A DNA stretch of 64,000 nt from Chrysomallon squamiferum (GCA_012295275.1 CM022672.1:31558001-31622000); one strand, 5' to 3'; counted from the stretch's first letter, positions 12,373 through 27,065 are shown. Numbers and translations are program-made. The notes: generated from the sequence alone by a model not told the origin.

Positions 12373-12797
12373 CTGAAACATACAAACATGTACACACATA
12401 TACACACAGATATACACACAGTACACACATGTACACACATATACACACACAGATACACACATACATGCAGATACTCACATGTACACATATACACATACAG
12501 ATACACACATACATACACATGTACACACATATACACACTGATATACACACATACACACACAGATACACACGTACAGATACACATTCACACATAACACACC
12601 TACACACACACACACACACACAAATGCACATAAACTTTAAAATAATATATGCACACACATACACACAAACACACATGCACATAAACTTTAAAATAATATA
12701 TGCACACACATGAACACCCCTCACACACACAAACACACCCAAATACACATTAAAATAAATAACACACAAAGACACACTGACACAGACACAGAGAAAA

Positions 12798-12849
<52 letters not shown>

Positions 12850-13096
12850 TGTAAAGTTTTTCAGTAAATATATAAAATGTTTTTAATGAGTAAACATCTA
12901 ATTATGAAATAAGTAAACAAATTTCAACTGTAAGTCTAATTTACATCATTTACATATTTTACAATTACACATCATCTATTTACTGACTAAAAAAAAAAAA
13001 AATTATCTCTGGCTAAAAAATAGACAAGACCACACCAGGAAGCAGTTTTACTCAAACCCCCCCTCCACTTGACTCAAAATGAGTAAATTTACTCAC

Positions 13097-13194
13097 TTTT
13101 CTGGGTGACCGGTCACCCCGTTGCTCAGTCCTGGTGACTTTGTTAAACTGTTCTTACGACTCTCCATTTTATCTTTACACAGTTCAGTGAGATC
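13097..13194 (-). CDS. RAPGEF1: C3G exon 5 (DLTELCKDKMESRKNSLTKSPGLSNGVTGHPE)
   Basis: ttgcag acceptor, 98 nt, gtgagt donor, phase 0 to 2. Confidence 0.88.
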
Positions 13195-13317
13195 CTGCAA
13201 CAAACAAATAAACAAACAAATAAACAAATAAACAAACAAATAGATAAACAAATAAATAAACAAATAAATAAACAAAAAAATAGATAAATAAACAAATAAA
13301 TAAACAAATAAACAAAT

Positions 13318-13348
<31 letters not shown>

Positions 13349-13934
13349 TAAACAAATAGATAAATAAACAAATAAATATCAAATAAACAAAAATAGATAA
13401 ACAAACAAATAGATAAACAAATAAACAAATAAATAGATAAATAAATAAATAAACAAATTAATTAATAAACAAATAGATAAATAAACAAACAAATAATCAA
13501 ATAAACAAATAAATAAATAGATAAACAAACAAATAAATGAACAAATAAATAAAATAAACAAATAAATAAATAAAAAACAAATAAACAAACAAATAAATAA
13601 ATAAATACACACACACACACATATATCAATATAATACTGTTAATAAGTAATTTTGTTTTTATAATATAATTTACTTTAATATTTTATTATTTTTACATAG
13701 CAACTTACTTTTAATGACTTACTGTTGACTATAAATTAATTATCAACTACATTATTTTACTTTTATGTAGCATTTAGCTTTAATAACCTTCCTTTTATAA
13801 TCAATACTTTACTACAACATAATACTGTCTTTATCTAACCCTAACTTTTAATAACACTTACCTTATTTATAACAAATATAATAACACTTTTCCTATTTGC
13901 AATGACTTTTATATTACCTGTAACATATTACTGT

Positions 13935-14795
13935 CTTTATTATAAGAATTATACTGTATTTATAACTCTATTAATAAAATCAGAAGAGATATAAAATCTG
14001 TATCTCAAGTCGTATACTAATTGAAAATAGGATTAATAAACAAGATTAAGTGATCCTAGTTATAATTATTTATATTATGTCTAATATTTTAATGTCTTTA
14101 TTATAAGAATTATTATTAACTTTTCCTTACAATGAGTGTGTTTTAATGTATTTATAATTCCTTCAATAAAAAAAACAGGAGAAATTTATAATCTTATCTT
14201 AAGTTTGTGTGCAAGAATTGAAAAGAGGATAAATAAACAAGATTAACTTAATCCTATTGATAATGAACACCTTTAATCTCTAGTATTAAACTCTCTTTAG
14301 TCAAGAATTATTATTAACTTTTCTTTATGATGAGTGCATTTCAACATATGATTTATAACTCTTTCAACAATAGGAGAAATTTAAAAATCTTTTTGCATGT
14401 AGGAATTTAAAAATAGGATTAATAAACAAGATTAACTTAATCCTGTTTATAATGAGTACATTATCTTATCTATAATATTAAACTTTATTATAAGACCTGT
14501 TACTAACTTTTCTGTATAACGAGTATTCTTAATCTAGTTATTATAACACTTTCAATAAGAATGGAAGCGACTTTGAACCTGGATTAAGATGTGCATGTAG
14601 GAATTAATAAGAGGATTAATAATGAATTATATTATATTATCTCTAATATTAAACTCTCTTTACTACAAGGCCTAACTTTGCAATGTTTATGTTTCAATCT
14701 ATCGAAAACTCCTTAAATAAAAAACAGAAGAGATTTAAAGTCTGGTTTGAGATTTGTGCGTAAGGATTAACGCGAGGATTTAAAAGAGGATCAAG
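13935..14795. repeat. Degenerate ~180-bp tandem repeat, about 5 copies
   Basis: ggattaataaacaagattaa-like motif recurs near 14030, 14227, 14416 and 14612. Confidence 0.75.
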
Positions 14796-14808
14796 GATGA
14801 AGGATTAC

Positions 14809-14956
14809 TTTGACTGCCTGCGAGAGGGTGCTGATGATGTCGTTGGCGTTGTCCTTGTTGTGGCCAACACTGCAGTTGAGGAGGACGCTGTCAGACCAGC
14901 GGATGAACTTAGCCAGACACTGACACACGTTGTTGTGAGCTGACAGCAGCTTCGTG
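14809..14956 (-). CDS. RAPGEF1: C3G exon 4 (STKLLSAHNNVCQCLAKFIRWSDSVLL...LSQAVK)
   Basis: 148 nt, phase 2 to 0, gtaatc donor. LAKFIRWSD resembles human LANLIRWSD. This frame is not in the ORF track. Confidence 0.92.
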
Positions 14957-14959
14957 CTG

Positions 14960-16020
14960 CAATAACAATAACAATAACAATAATAATAACAATAATAACA
15001 ATAACAATAATAACAATGATGATAACAATGATAATAACAATAACAATAACTATAATAACAACAATAACAATAACTATAATAACAACAATAACAATGATAA
15101 TAACAATAACAGTAACAATAATAACAATAACAATAACAGTAACAATAACAACAATAACAGTAACAGTAACAATAACTATAACTATAACAATAACAATAAT
15201 AACTATAACAACAATAACAATAACAGTAACAATAACAACAATAACAATAATAACTATAATAACAATAACAATAATAACTATAACAATAACAATAACAACA
15301 ATAACAATAACAGTAACAATAACAATAATAACAATAACAGTAACAATAACTATAACAATAACAATAATAACTATAACAATAACAATAACAACAATAACAA
15401 TAACAGTAACAATAACAATAATAACAATAACTATAATAATAATAATAATAAAAATAATAACTATTATAAAAATAACAATAATAATAACCACAATAATAAC
15501 AATAACAATAATATTAATAACAATAACAATTATAATAATAATAACAATAACAATAACAGTAATAGCAATAACAATACTAATAACAACAATAATAACGATA
15601 ATGATAATAACAATAACAATAACAGTAATAATAACAGTAACAATAACATAACAATAATAACAATAACAATAATAATTATAATAGTAACAACAATAATAAT
15701 AATAACAATAACTAACAATAATATTAACAATAATAATAACAATAACAATGAAAATAATGATGATCAGGTTGATAATAATAGCAATAATGATGATAATCAT
15801 AATAAAAATGATCTTAATAATAACAATAGTAATAAGAATAATAACAACAATGGTAGCAATAATAACAACAACAACAACAACAACAACAACGATATTGATA
15901 ATCATAATATAGTAACAATGATATGATGATGATAATAACAATAACCATAACAGTGATGATGACAATTATAATTATGATCACACTGATAATGATAATGAAA
16001 ATGACACACTGACAATGATG
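14960..16020. repeat. ~1 kb (AAT/AAC)n trinucleotide tract
   Basis: Read directly from the sequence. Abuts the C3G exon 4 acceptor. Confidence 0.95.
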
Positions 16021-16169
16021 ATGGGGATGATGTTGATAATAAAATTAATAAGATTATAGAGATTAAGAAAAACAATGTTTTGTGTGTTTACCAGTTTTGT
16101 GAGTGTGTGTCATTATAAAGCACTTATTTTCAATTAACTTTGCTTTAAAATGAATATCAATTGTGTCTG

Positions 16170-16416
16170 TGTCAGTAAGTAAGCGGTTCATCAGCAGGTT
16201 GTTCAGTCATGGTGTTTTCTAACACTTTGTATGTGTAAGTATGTAAGTAAGTAAGTAAGTACCTGTCCTGGTTCATCAGCAGGTTGTTCAGCATACTACA
16301 GATACTCACACTTTGTGTGTGTAAGTAAGTAAGTAATTAAGTAAGTAAGTAAGTAAGTAAGTACAACAGTAAGCAGATAAGTAAGTTGATAAGTAAGTAG
16401 ATAAGTAAGTAGGTAG

Positions 16417-16451
<35 letters not shown>

Positions 16452-16799
16452 CCTGTCCTGGTTCATCAGCAGAGTGTTCAGCATACTGCAGATACTCATG
16501 ATGTTTTCTAACACTTGTGTAAATAATAACAATAAGTAAGTAGATAAATAAATAATAAGTACCTGTCCTGGTTCATCAGCAGAGTGTTCAGCATACTGCA
16601 GATACTCATGATGTTTTCTAACACTTTGTGTGTGTAAGTAAGTAAATAAGTAAAGTAAATAATAAGTGATAAGATCATAAATAATAGATAACAATAAGTA
16701 ATAAGTAAGTAATGATAATAAGTAAGTACCTGTCCTGGTTCATCAGCAGAGTGTTCAGCATACTGCAGATACTCATGATGTTTTCTAACACTTTGTGTG

Positions 16800-16843
<44 letters not shown>

Positions 16844-17253
16844 CCTGTCCTGGTTCATCAGCAGAGTGTTCAGCATACTGCAGATACTCATGATGTTTTC
16901 TAACACTTTGTGTGATGATGTTGATAATAAAATTAATAAGTACCTGTCCTGGTTCATCAGCAGAGTGTTCAGCATACTGCAGATACTCATGATGTTTTCT
17001 AACACTTTTGTGTGTTAAGTAAGTAAAATCAGTTAGATAAGTAGATAAGTAAGTGTCTTTATAAACCTGTCCTGGTTCATCAGCAGAGTGTTCAGCATTG
17101 CAGATACTCATGATGTTTTCTAAGACTTTTGTGTGTGTAAGTAAGTTTAAAATGACCTGTCCTGGTTCATCAGCAGAGTGCTCAGCATTGCAGATGCTCA
17201 TGATGTAACACTTTGTGTGTGTAATTAATTAATTAATTAATTAATTAAGTAAT

Positions 17254-17315
<62 letters not shown>

Positions 17316-17386
17316 CCTGTCCTGGTTCATCAGCAGAGTGTTCAGCATACTGCAGATACTCATGATGTTTTCTAACACTTTGTGTG

Positions 17387-17422
<36 letters not shown>

Positions 17423-17424
17423 GA

Positions 17425-17474
<50 letters not shown>

Positions 17475-17545
17475 CCTGTCCTGGTTCATCAGCAGAGTGT
17501 TCAGCATACTGCAGATACTCATGATGTTTTCTAACACTTTGTGTG

Positions 17546-17577
<32 letters not shown>

Positions 17578-18027
17578 GGTAATTAAAGGTAAGTAAGTAA
17601 GTAAGTAAAGGTAAGTAAGTAAAGTAAAGTAAGTAAGTAAGTAAAAGTAAGTCCTGGTTCATCAAGTACCTGTCCTGGTTCATCAGCAGTGTTCAGCATA
17701 CTGCAGATACTCATGATGTTTTCTAACACTTTGTGTATGTAAGTAAGTAAGTAAGTAAGTAAGTAGATAAAGTAAGTAAGTAAGTAAGTAGATAAGTAAG
17801 TAAGTAAGTACCTGTCCTGGTTCATCAGCAGAGTGTTCAGCATACTGCAGATGCTCATGATGTTTTCTAACACTTTGTGTGTGTAAGTAAGTAAGTAAGT
17901 AAGTAAGTAGATAAGTAAGTAAGTAAGTAAGTAAGTAAGTAGATAAGTAAGTAAGTAAGTACCTGTCCTGGTTCATCAGCAGAGTGTTCAGCATACTGCA
18001 GATACTCATGATGTTTTCTAACACTTT
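16170..18027. repeat. Composite tandem repeat: last ~65 nt of C3G exon 3 plus donor plus (GTAA)n spacer, 13 copies and partials
   Basis: acctgtcctggttcatcagc at about 16261, 16451, 16561, 16727, 16843, 16942, 17065, 17155, 17315, 17474, 17668, 17810 and 17961 (the real exon). Confidence 0.95.
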
Positions 18028-18138
18028 GCTTGCTAACGCTGGAAGGATTTCAAACTTCTCCTTGTTGATGACAGCCATTGTTATAAACGTCAGAGTCCGG
18101 TTTAGTTCATCCACGTCCATCTGCAACTGTCCAGCGTC
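17963..18138 (-). CDS. RAPGEF1: C3G exon 3 (DAGQLQMDVDELNRTL...ASKVLENIMSICSMLNTLLMNQD)
   Basis: ttgcag acceptor, 176 nt, AG|gtactt donor, phase 0 to 2. Matches the human LEMLPGSASKVLE region. Confidence 0.9.
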
Positions 18139-18369
18139 CTGCAAGTAGACGACAACACATAAATAAATGAATATATAAATGAATAAATAAAATATAAATG
18201 TATAAATATATAATAATATAAATAAATAAATAAGTAAATTAATAAATAAATGTTTAAATAAATAAATAAATAATTGAATCAATATATAAATAAATAAATA
18301 AAATATATAAAAATATAAATATATATATAATATATATAAATATATAAACAAACATAAAAATATACATCT

Positions 18370-18420
<51 letters not shown>

Positions 18421-20696
18421 TAAAGCCACAAAAATAGATTTAGATAAGGAAACAGATAGAGACAGGTACAGATACACAGACAGATACAATTACTGATAAC
18501 ACTACTGTTACAGATACAGAGACACAGATTACAGATATAATGTATATTTCATGTAAATATATCTCCTGTCTATGGTGACCAATATGATATATAGCTGTGT
18601 AAGCTATAAACAAGATGAGTCTATGAATAATGTTATAACATAAATATGTCACAGTAGAAGAATACAGAGCTTTGTGTTTCAAATTCTGACGTAATTATTA
18701 ATACAATGATTTTATATTCGGTTATCAATTCTTCATGTTAATTAATTAATAATGAAAGGAACAACAACAGAAAGTTAAGTAATATAAATAATTAGTCAAA
18801 AAAAAAACCTAATTATATAATATAATACTCTTTTAATGAAGATGGTTAATTTTAAGTACTGAATATAAATCTCAACAGATACTGTTTTTCGCAGTCTAGA
18901 AATGATTGATTTTTGAGAATACTTGTACAAATTTGAATAATGTTTTATCATCTCCATGTGATTTTAAAATTTCCACAGAAATGTTTTTATGTGTTTTATC
19001 AAGCCAGAGATGAATTATTTTAATTATATAATCACAGTGTGTATATTAAAATTCGTTAGTTTTTTTTTCTCTACATTAAATCGTAATTAAGATAAAAACT
19101 AATTTTAATCAGTGGCTGTTTGCCCATAATGTCTGCTGAGTGTGTCGTAACATGCTAGTGAGTTTATTTATTTATTTAGTTAGTTAGTTAGTTAGTCAGT
19201 CAGATATTTATTTATTTTTCTTTTTCTTTCTTTCTTTCTTTCTTTCTTATTTATATTTCTTTATTTATTTATTTATTAAGTTTGAAGGTTGGTAGGTTTG
19301 CTTTTTGTTGATTTTATTTATTTATTTATTTATTTATTTACTTATTTATTTATTTACTTATTTATTATTTACTTATTTATTTATTTACTTATTTAGTTTG
19401 ATTGTATTTATTTTTTTTTTATTTATTTATTTATTTATTTACTTATTTATTTATTTATTTATTTACTTATTTATTTACTTACTTATTTACTTATTTATTA
19501 TTTACTATTTATTTATTAACTTATTTATTTATTTACTTATTTAGTTTGACTGTTGATAGGTTTGCTTTTTATTTATTTATTTATTTATTTATTTATGGAA
19601 GTGTTTCTGTTTAAAAACAGAGATATTTTTGTGCTCTCTGCCTGTAATACTGACGTGAAAGACAATTTTAGCCGTAAACCAAAATAACTTGTTAAACATT
19701 CACCACAGTTCACCACACATTTCTTCTGATTTATTTTTTTATTTTTATTTTTAGGTTTATTTTTAAACCAGATACCTTATCATCTCAAGTTATATTTTAA
19801 ATATACTATGTATTTTCATTAAAAAAAAAATGAAAACTGCTTACAGTTTTATCAAGAAAGAAATGCTTGTTTTTAAGTATACCTGCATAAATTGTATACG
19901 TGTTTTATCATGTAGTTGTTTTAGAGAATTTTCAACAGCAAAATGTTTACTGTTTTATCAAGCCGAAGAATGAACAAATGAATGAATGAACGAATGAATG
20001 AATGAATGAATGAATGAAAGAATGTTTAATGACCCCCTGCTGCTGCACAAAAAAAAAAATGTACAGGCTGCTGGGAGTCAAACAAAAGGTAAATTTAACA
20101 AAATGGTGAATATTTTACACATATAAAAATTCGGAATTAGACAAAACACAGTATAAAGAGCTGTGTAAAAAGTATCTGTCAAGCCACAGGTTGTTGTTTT
20201 AAGTGAACTTGTGCGTTCATCAGACAACTGTATACCATTTTAATCATGTCATTAAAAATTAGAAAAATTTCAAAATAAAACTGTTTATCTTTCATGATGC
20301 TTGATCTTAGGTAAACTTGTACTTTCAGTAGACAACTGTATAACATTTTAATCACATCATAAAAAAAAACTGAAAATTTTTGAAATTTCTAAAATTTCAA
20401 AATAAAACTATTTCACTCTTTCATGATGATTGATTTTTAAGTTAAACTTGTTTTACAGAAAATCGCTTTGCTATTTTGATCATGTCACACAGACACAAGT
20501 TATTCAAGAATTCTCAGACAGAAATCAGTTTTATGAATATGAGGTGAAGCATTTCCAGACAGTAGTCCTGTCTGGTTTCTGCAGACTTGCAGAGTCTGTG
20601 TGGAAGCGCTATCAGTTTCTGAACAAAAATAGACCTTGGATGAGGCCCAAGTACTGCCAGCTTTAAACACAATCAATAACACAAAACACACAGGCA

Positions 20697-22810
20697 GTCA
20701 TGTAATATACTATACTGTGTAACTGAAATCTTGTAATGAGTTATTATATACTGTGTAACTGAAATCTTGTAATGTATTATACTATACTGTGTAACTGAAA
20801 TCTTGTAATGTATTATTATATACTGTGTAACTGAAATCTTGTAATGTATTATACTATACTGTGTAACTGAAATCTTGTAATGTATTATTATATACTGTGT
20901 AACTGAAATTTTGTAATGTATTATACTATACTGTGTAACTGAAATCTTGTAATGTATTATTATATACTGTGTAACTGAAATCTTGTAATGTATTATTCTA
21001 TACTGTGTAACTGAAATCTTGTAATGTATTATTCTATACTGTGTATCTGAAATCTTGTAATGTATTATACTATACTGTATAACTGAAATCTTGTAATGTA
21101 TAGATGATATTGTATAAATAAATGTATACTGTCATGTAATATACTATACTGTGTAACTGAAATCTTGTAATGTATTATACTATACTGTGTAACTGAAATC
21201 TTGTAATGAGTTATTATATACTGTGTAACTGAAATCTTGTAATGTGTTATTATATACTGTGTAACTGAAATCTTGTAATGTATTATACTACACTGTATAA
21301 CTGAAATCTTGTAATGTATAGGTGATATTGTATAAATAAATGTATACTGTCATGTAATATACTATACTGTGTAACTGAAATCTTGTAATGTAATATACTA
21401 TACTGTGTAACTGAAATCTTGTAATGTAATATACTATACTGTGTAACTGAAATATTGTAATGTGTTATTATATACTGTGTAACTGAAATCTTGTAATGTA
21501 TTATACTATACTGTGTAACTGAAATCTTGTAATGTATTATTATATACTGTGTAACTGAAATCTTGTAATGTGTTATTATATACTGTGTAACTGAAATCTT
21601 GTAATGTATTATACTACACTGTGTAACTGAAATCTTGTAATGTATTATTATATACTGTATAACTGAAATCTTGTAATGTGTTATTATATACTGTGTAACT
21701 GAAATCTTGTAATGTATTATACTACACTGTATAACTGAAATCGTGTAATGTACAGTTGCATACTGTCATGTATTATTCTATACTGTATACTGTCATTCTA
21801 TATTGTATAACTGAATTCTTGTAATGTACAGTTTGTGTTGTATAAATAAATATGTACCGTCATGTATTATTCTACACTGTGTAACTGAATTCTTGTAATA
21901 TATAGGTGATATTGTAAAAATAAATGTATACTGTCATATATTATTCTATACTGTATAACTGAAATATTGTAATGTATAGATTATATTGTATAAATAATAT
22001 TGTATAACTGAAATCTTGTAATGTAGAGATTATATTGTATAAATAAATGTATACTGTCATGTATTATTCTATATTGTATAACTGCATTCTTGTAATGTAT
22101 AGTTTATATTGTATAAATAAATGTATACTGTCATGTATTATTCTATATTGTATAACTGCATTCTTGTAATGTATAGGTTATATTGAATAAATAAATGTAT
22201 ACTGTCATGTATTATTCTATACAGTATAACTGAAATATTGTAATGTATAAATTATATTGTATAACTGAAATCTTGTAATGTAAAGTTTATACTGAATAAA
22301 TAAATGTATACTGTCATGTATTCTTCTATACTGTATAACTGAAATCTTGTGTAGTTTATATTGAATAAATAAATGTATACTGTCATGTATTATTCTTTAT
22401 TGTATAACTGAAATCTTGTAATGTAAAGTATTGAATAAATTTATACTGTCATGAATAAATAAATGTATAACTGTCATGTACAGTTTATATTGTATAAATA
22501 AATGTATACAGTCATGTATTATTCTATACTGTATAACTGCATTCTTTAATGTTTATTTTATAGTGTATAAATAAATGTATACTGTCATGTATTATTCTAT
22601 ATTGTATAACTGAAATCTTGTAATGTATAGTTTATATTATATAAATAAATGTATACTGTCATGTATTATTCTATATTGTATAACTGAATTCTTGTAATGT
22701 AAAGTTTATATTGTATAAATAAATGTATACTGTCATGTATCATTCTCAGTGGAAGTCTATTCTGTATAACTGAAATGTAATGTAAAGTTTATATAATTGT
22801 ATAAATAAGT
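20697..22810. repeat. ~32-bp minisatellite grading into a ~64-bp unit
   Basis: tatactgtgtaactgaaatcttgtaatgtatta repeated. The right half alternates with tataaataaatgtatactgtcatg. Confidence 0.93.
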
Positions 22811-23076
22811 AAACTAAAATCAAAAAATGTGGTCTGTATTCTATAACATAATTAATCTAAATCTATTATATAAATATCTTATTCTAAGAGATGGTTACAA
22901 GTATATCAACATATTATTCTGAGTTTCTCCAATATACAACAGTATTATTCTAAACCTATAATTACATAATATATTATTCTTAGAGAAGTCTATGTTGTAT
23001 AACTATCTAAAGATGCCTACTTTGTGTAACTGCATTATTCTAAGGAAATATAATATTATATAAACATATATGTCTA

Positions 23077-23149
<73 letters not shown>

Positions 23150-23521
23150 ATATATATATATATATATATACATATTAAAGATTTTTCTTCAACAGCAGTG
23201 AGAGTATTTAGCATGAATACATTTTTATAAGAGTTGGTATTTAAGATGATATGCATGTTCATAGCAGACTATTTTTACAACATAATTAATCCTAAATCTG
23301 AGCTGTCGAGCAGCTTTGTGTATATTTGTACAACATGGGATCCTTTAGAAGAATGCATTATGCATTTATGCTATTCCCTGATCACTTAAAAACAATACTG
23401 CTAGTTGTACATACATAATATATCGTCTAAGTTGTAAAATGAACTAAGATACAGTCGAATATGTAAGTATATTATAAGTTTCTGTAGCATAAATAAAATA
23501 AAAAATAAAAACTATAAATTA

Positions 23522-23568
<47 letters not shown>

Positions 23569-23744
23569 TCACACATATAAATTATATTCAAGTTCCTTGT
23601 GTAAAAATAAAACTGTGGTATAAAACATAGCTGTGTAAAATCAAGTTTGCCAAAATCAAAGTGACCCAAACACCGCGAACAGAATCAAGTATTTTTTAAT
23701 AATGAGTTTAAATAAAGACAATGAACTTGATACAGCAGAAATAC

Positions 23745-23825
<81 letters not shown>

Positions 23826-23957
23826 TTTTATTTTTAAATTAATTTTCTACAAATACCTTACAAGTGGCTTGACAAAGTTATCTAAGAAATGATATGCAAA
23901 ACAACACAAACATACAAATAAAATATATATGTAAATAGTTTTCATTATTATTAAACA

Positions 23958-23991
<34 letters not shown>

Positions 23992-24115
23992 TGCACACAT
24001 ATATAAAGTATATATATGTAAATAGTTAAACATACAAATATATATAAAATATATATGTAAATACTTCCCATTAATACAAAAATACACAAACACACGCTTA
24101 CCCACCCACCCATCC

Positions 24116-24147
<32 letters not shown>

Positions 24148-24256
24148 ACAAATACACAGAGTGAGAAAAACAATGTAAAATCAGCCCTGTACACAAAACA
24201 AAAAATAAAACAAAACAAAAAAACAAAGCAGATATTTAATCTAAACAACAACCTAC

Positions 24257-24325
24257 CATTAACAGAACGGGTGAAGACAAAACTTCTTTCTTATTTTTAC
24301 CCATCCTAACTTCCACACCCCTCTC
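24257..24325 (-). CDS. RAPGEF1: Candidate C3G 69-nt exon (ERGVEVRMGKNKKEVLSSPVLLM)
   Basis: CTGAC branch-like motif plus pyrimidine tract plus aag acceptor. ATG|gtaggt donor. Open frame, phase 0-0, between exons 2 and 3. No homology support. Confidence 0.55.
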
Positions 24326-24492
24326 CTTGAAATGAGAAAACAGTCAGACCAAAACACACTGCATTAACAACCTCTGCATTTCTCTTTTCTTTCTTTCTTT
24401 CTTTCTTTCTCTTCTTTATTCACTCGCAAAGTAAGAATCCCAGAAATATTTAAATTTAAAAAAAAAAATCTTAGAATCTTCCAGCAGAGGAG

Positions 24493-24523
<31 letters not shown>

Positions 24524-24583
24524 TCCTTTATAAAACAGAATCCCAGACATATTAAAATGAGAAAACTTCATACGAAGGAGAAA

Positions 24584-24622
<39 letters not shown>

Positions 24623-25119
24623 CTACCAATCTAACTGATTATGAGCTAAGATTTATCCAGATTCGTGTGAGATTCAACTCTCCTGCAGTTTGGACAGCAT
24701 CTGTCACTTGACTTCAAACAAGAAACCAACAATGAAGGAACTGTATTAAATTGTTATTCACAACCCTGTCAGTTTTTTCCTCATACTTGACATCTGAGAC
24801 AAACTGAACAAGCCCACACATGACACACAAACACACACACACACAGCGATATTTGAGAAAACTGGAAGAAAGCTAATACAAATAAATAAAAGAAATCCAG
24901 TTTTAATAAAGTATACACCCAAACATTTCAAGACATTTAAATGTTAAAAATAACTTCGGCAAAATTTCTCCTGTGAAAATACTGTATAACATACATGTAT
25001 AACATACTGTATAACATACTGTAGAAAATACATGATGAATTTTTTTTTAATGTTTTTCATTTCTTACTGTATACTTTTACATTATCACCAACTTTGGGAA
25101 AACTCATATAAACTTGTAT

Positions 25120-25156
<37 letters not shown>

Positions 25157-25554
25157 CAAAGACAGCCACATTTAAAAGAGAAACAAATTATCTAACATTT
25201 GCTTTCCTAGTCACTTTTATTATTAACACATATCTGTTAACAAATAGCAAAAAAAAAAAAAAAAAAAAATTGTTTAAATTTCATGTAATATTATCAGAAA
25301 TCCATTTACTTTTTTCTTTGATACATGAAGAATGCAGACAAATCCCTCAGAAAGGTTGTGATGAATCAATACCGGTTTTTGCCTTTTAAAACAAAATTAT
25401 CCAAAATCAACATTTTTGGGGATTTTGTTTACTTTGATTCATGTAGATTTGACAGTAACATATTAGTGAAAATTGTTGTTAAAAATCAGTTCAAATTTAC
25501 ATCCATTTTACAGAGATTCCAATGGAGCCATTGTTAGTTTAAAATATACTGCGC

Positions 25555-25925
25555 ACAAAATATTTTAACAAAACACTGTTTTCATCTTCACTCTAAAACA
25601 CACAAGAAATACACAAGATATTTTAACAAACCACTGTTTTTATCTTTACTCCAAAACATACAAGATATTTTAACTAACCACTGTTTTCACTCTAAAACAC
25701 ACAAGATATTTTAACAAACCACTGTTTTTATCTTTACTCCAAAACACACAAGATATTTTAACAAACCACTGTTTTAACTCTAAAACACAGAAGATATTTT
25801 AACTAACCACTGTTTTCACTCTAAAACACACAAGATATTTTAACTAACCACTGTTTTCACTCTAAAACACACAAGATATTTTAACAAACCACTCTAAAAC
25901 ACAGAAGATATTTTAACAAACCGGA
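25555..25925. repeat. ~40-bp minisatellite
   Basis: cacaagatattttaacaaaccactgttttcactctaaaa, about 8 copies. Confidence 0.9.
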
Positions 25926-27065
25926 GCCAAACACTCATGAATCGTATTCAAAGCATCTGACATCGACTTGTAAAAAAACAGATATTTCCAAACCACAGAA
26001 CACTAAAAACAAAAAAAGAATTTCAGCAAACCACTGTTTTTATCACCCAAAACCACACAAGAAAACAACAAAACTGTTTTCTTCCTAACCCAGCAGCTGT
26101 TAGCCCACAAAACTGTTTTCCTCCACAGAAGATGTTTCAACAAACCACAGTGGTTGTCCTGCTAAAACACAGACCTAGGATATTTGAACACACACACAGC
26201 CAGTCTCTCATGGAATTTATTCTGCAAGAGATAGCACTGATTTCACTGCATGACTCATCAGAACTTTGTTTCAAAAGAAATACCGGCCTGTGTACCTTCT
26301 GTGTTTAAACTGTTCTTCTGTCTGTCTGTTTGTTTGTCTGATACTGCTATTCTCCTTTTCCTCATGCTGCACATTTTGAGGGCAGATGTTGGTGTTTGTT
26401 GTTACACATTTACTATTATTACTTTATATTATCATTATTATTATTTATTATTATTATTATTATTATTTTATTACAATGATTATTATAATTATTTTAAACT
26501 GTAATTATTGTATTATTTTTATTTGTCTATTATTATTTTATATTTATTATTATTATTTTATTAGTTACCATTTATTATTACCATTATTATTATTATTATA
26601 TTTATTATTATTATTATTATTATTATTACAATGATTATTATAATTATTATTATTGTAATTATTATTATTATTACTATTATTATTATTATTTTTATTATTA
26701 TTATTATTATATTATTATATTATTATTAATATTATTATTATTATTTATTTATTTATTTATTTTATTATTTATTTAAATTTTTTAATCTTTATCTTTATTC
26801 AAGAAAGTGTTTTTCCACCACAGAAGTTGTTCATTTTGATATTTAAACTGTTTTTCTGTTGTTAATCACTAACTGCAGGTGAAAAAGAAAAGGTATGTGA
26901 CTCCTTGTTAATCATTACCTGATCATTAATCCACAGTGTTTTAAACAAAGTAGGTTTTATAGAATCTTTACTTTCTTTTCTTTTTTTTGTCTTTTTTTTT
27001 ATGTTTCACTTTACTCAAAGAATCTGCAGGAAATATGATAATGTTAATGTTTATCTGTCTGTCTA

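Noticed and set aside
16210-17960. (GTAA)n as an array of GTAAGT donor sites
   Set aside because: It reads GTAAGT only on the plus strand, antisense to the host gene, and there is no evidence for a plus-strand transcript here.
16170-18027. CRISPR-like repeat-spacer appearance (also 31175-32345 and 34565-35407)
   Set aside because: The context is eukaryotic, the spacers are microsatellites rather than unique sequence, the first array's repeat is an exon fragment, and there are no cas genes.
19970-20100. (GAAT)n followed by a possible SINE tail
   Set aside because: The resemblance to gastropod repeats is from memory only and too degraded to support.
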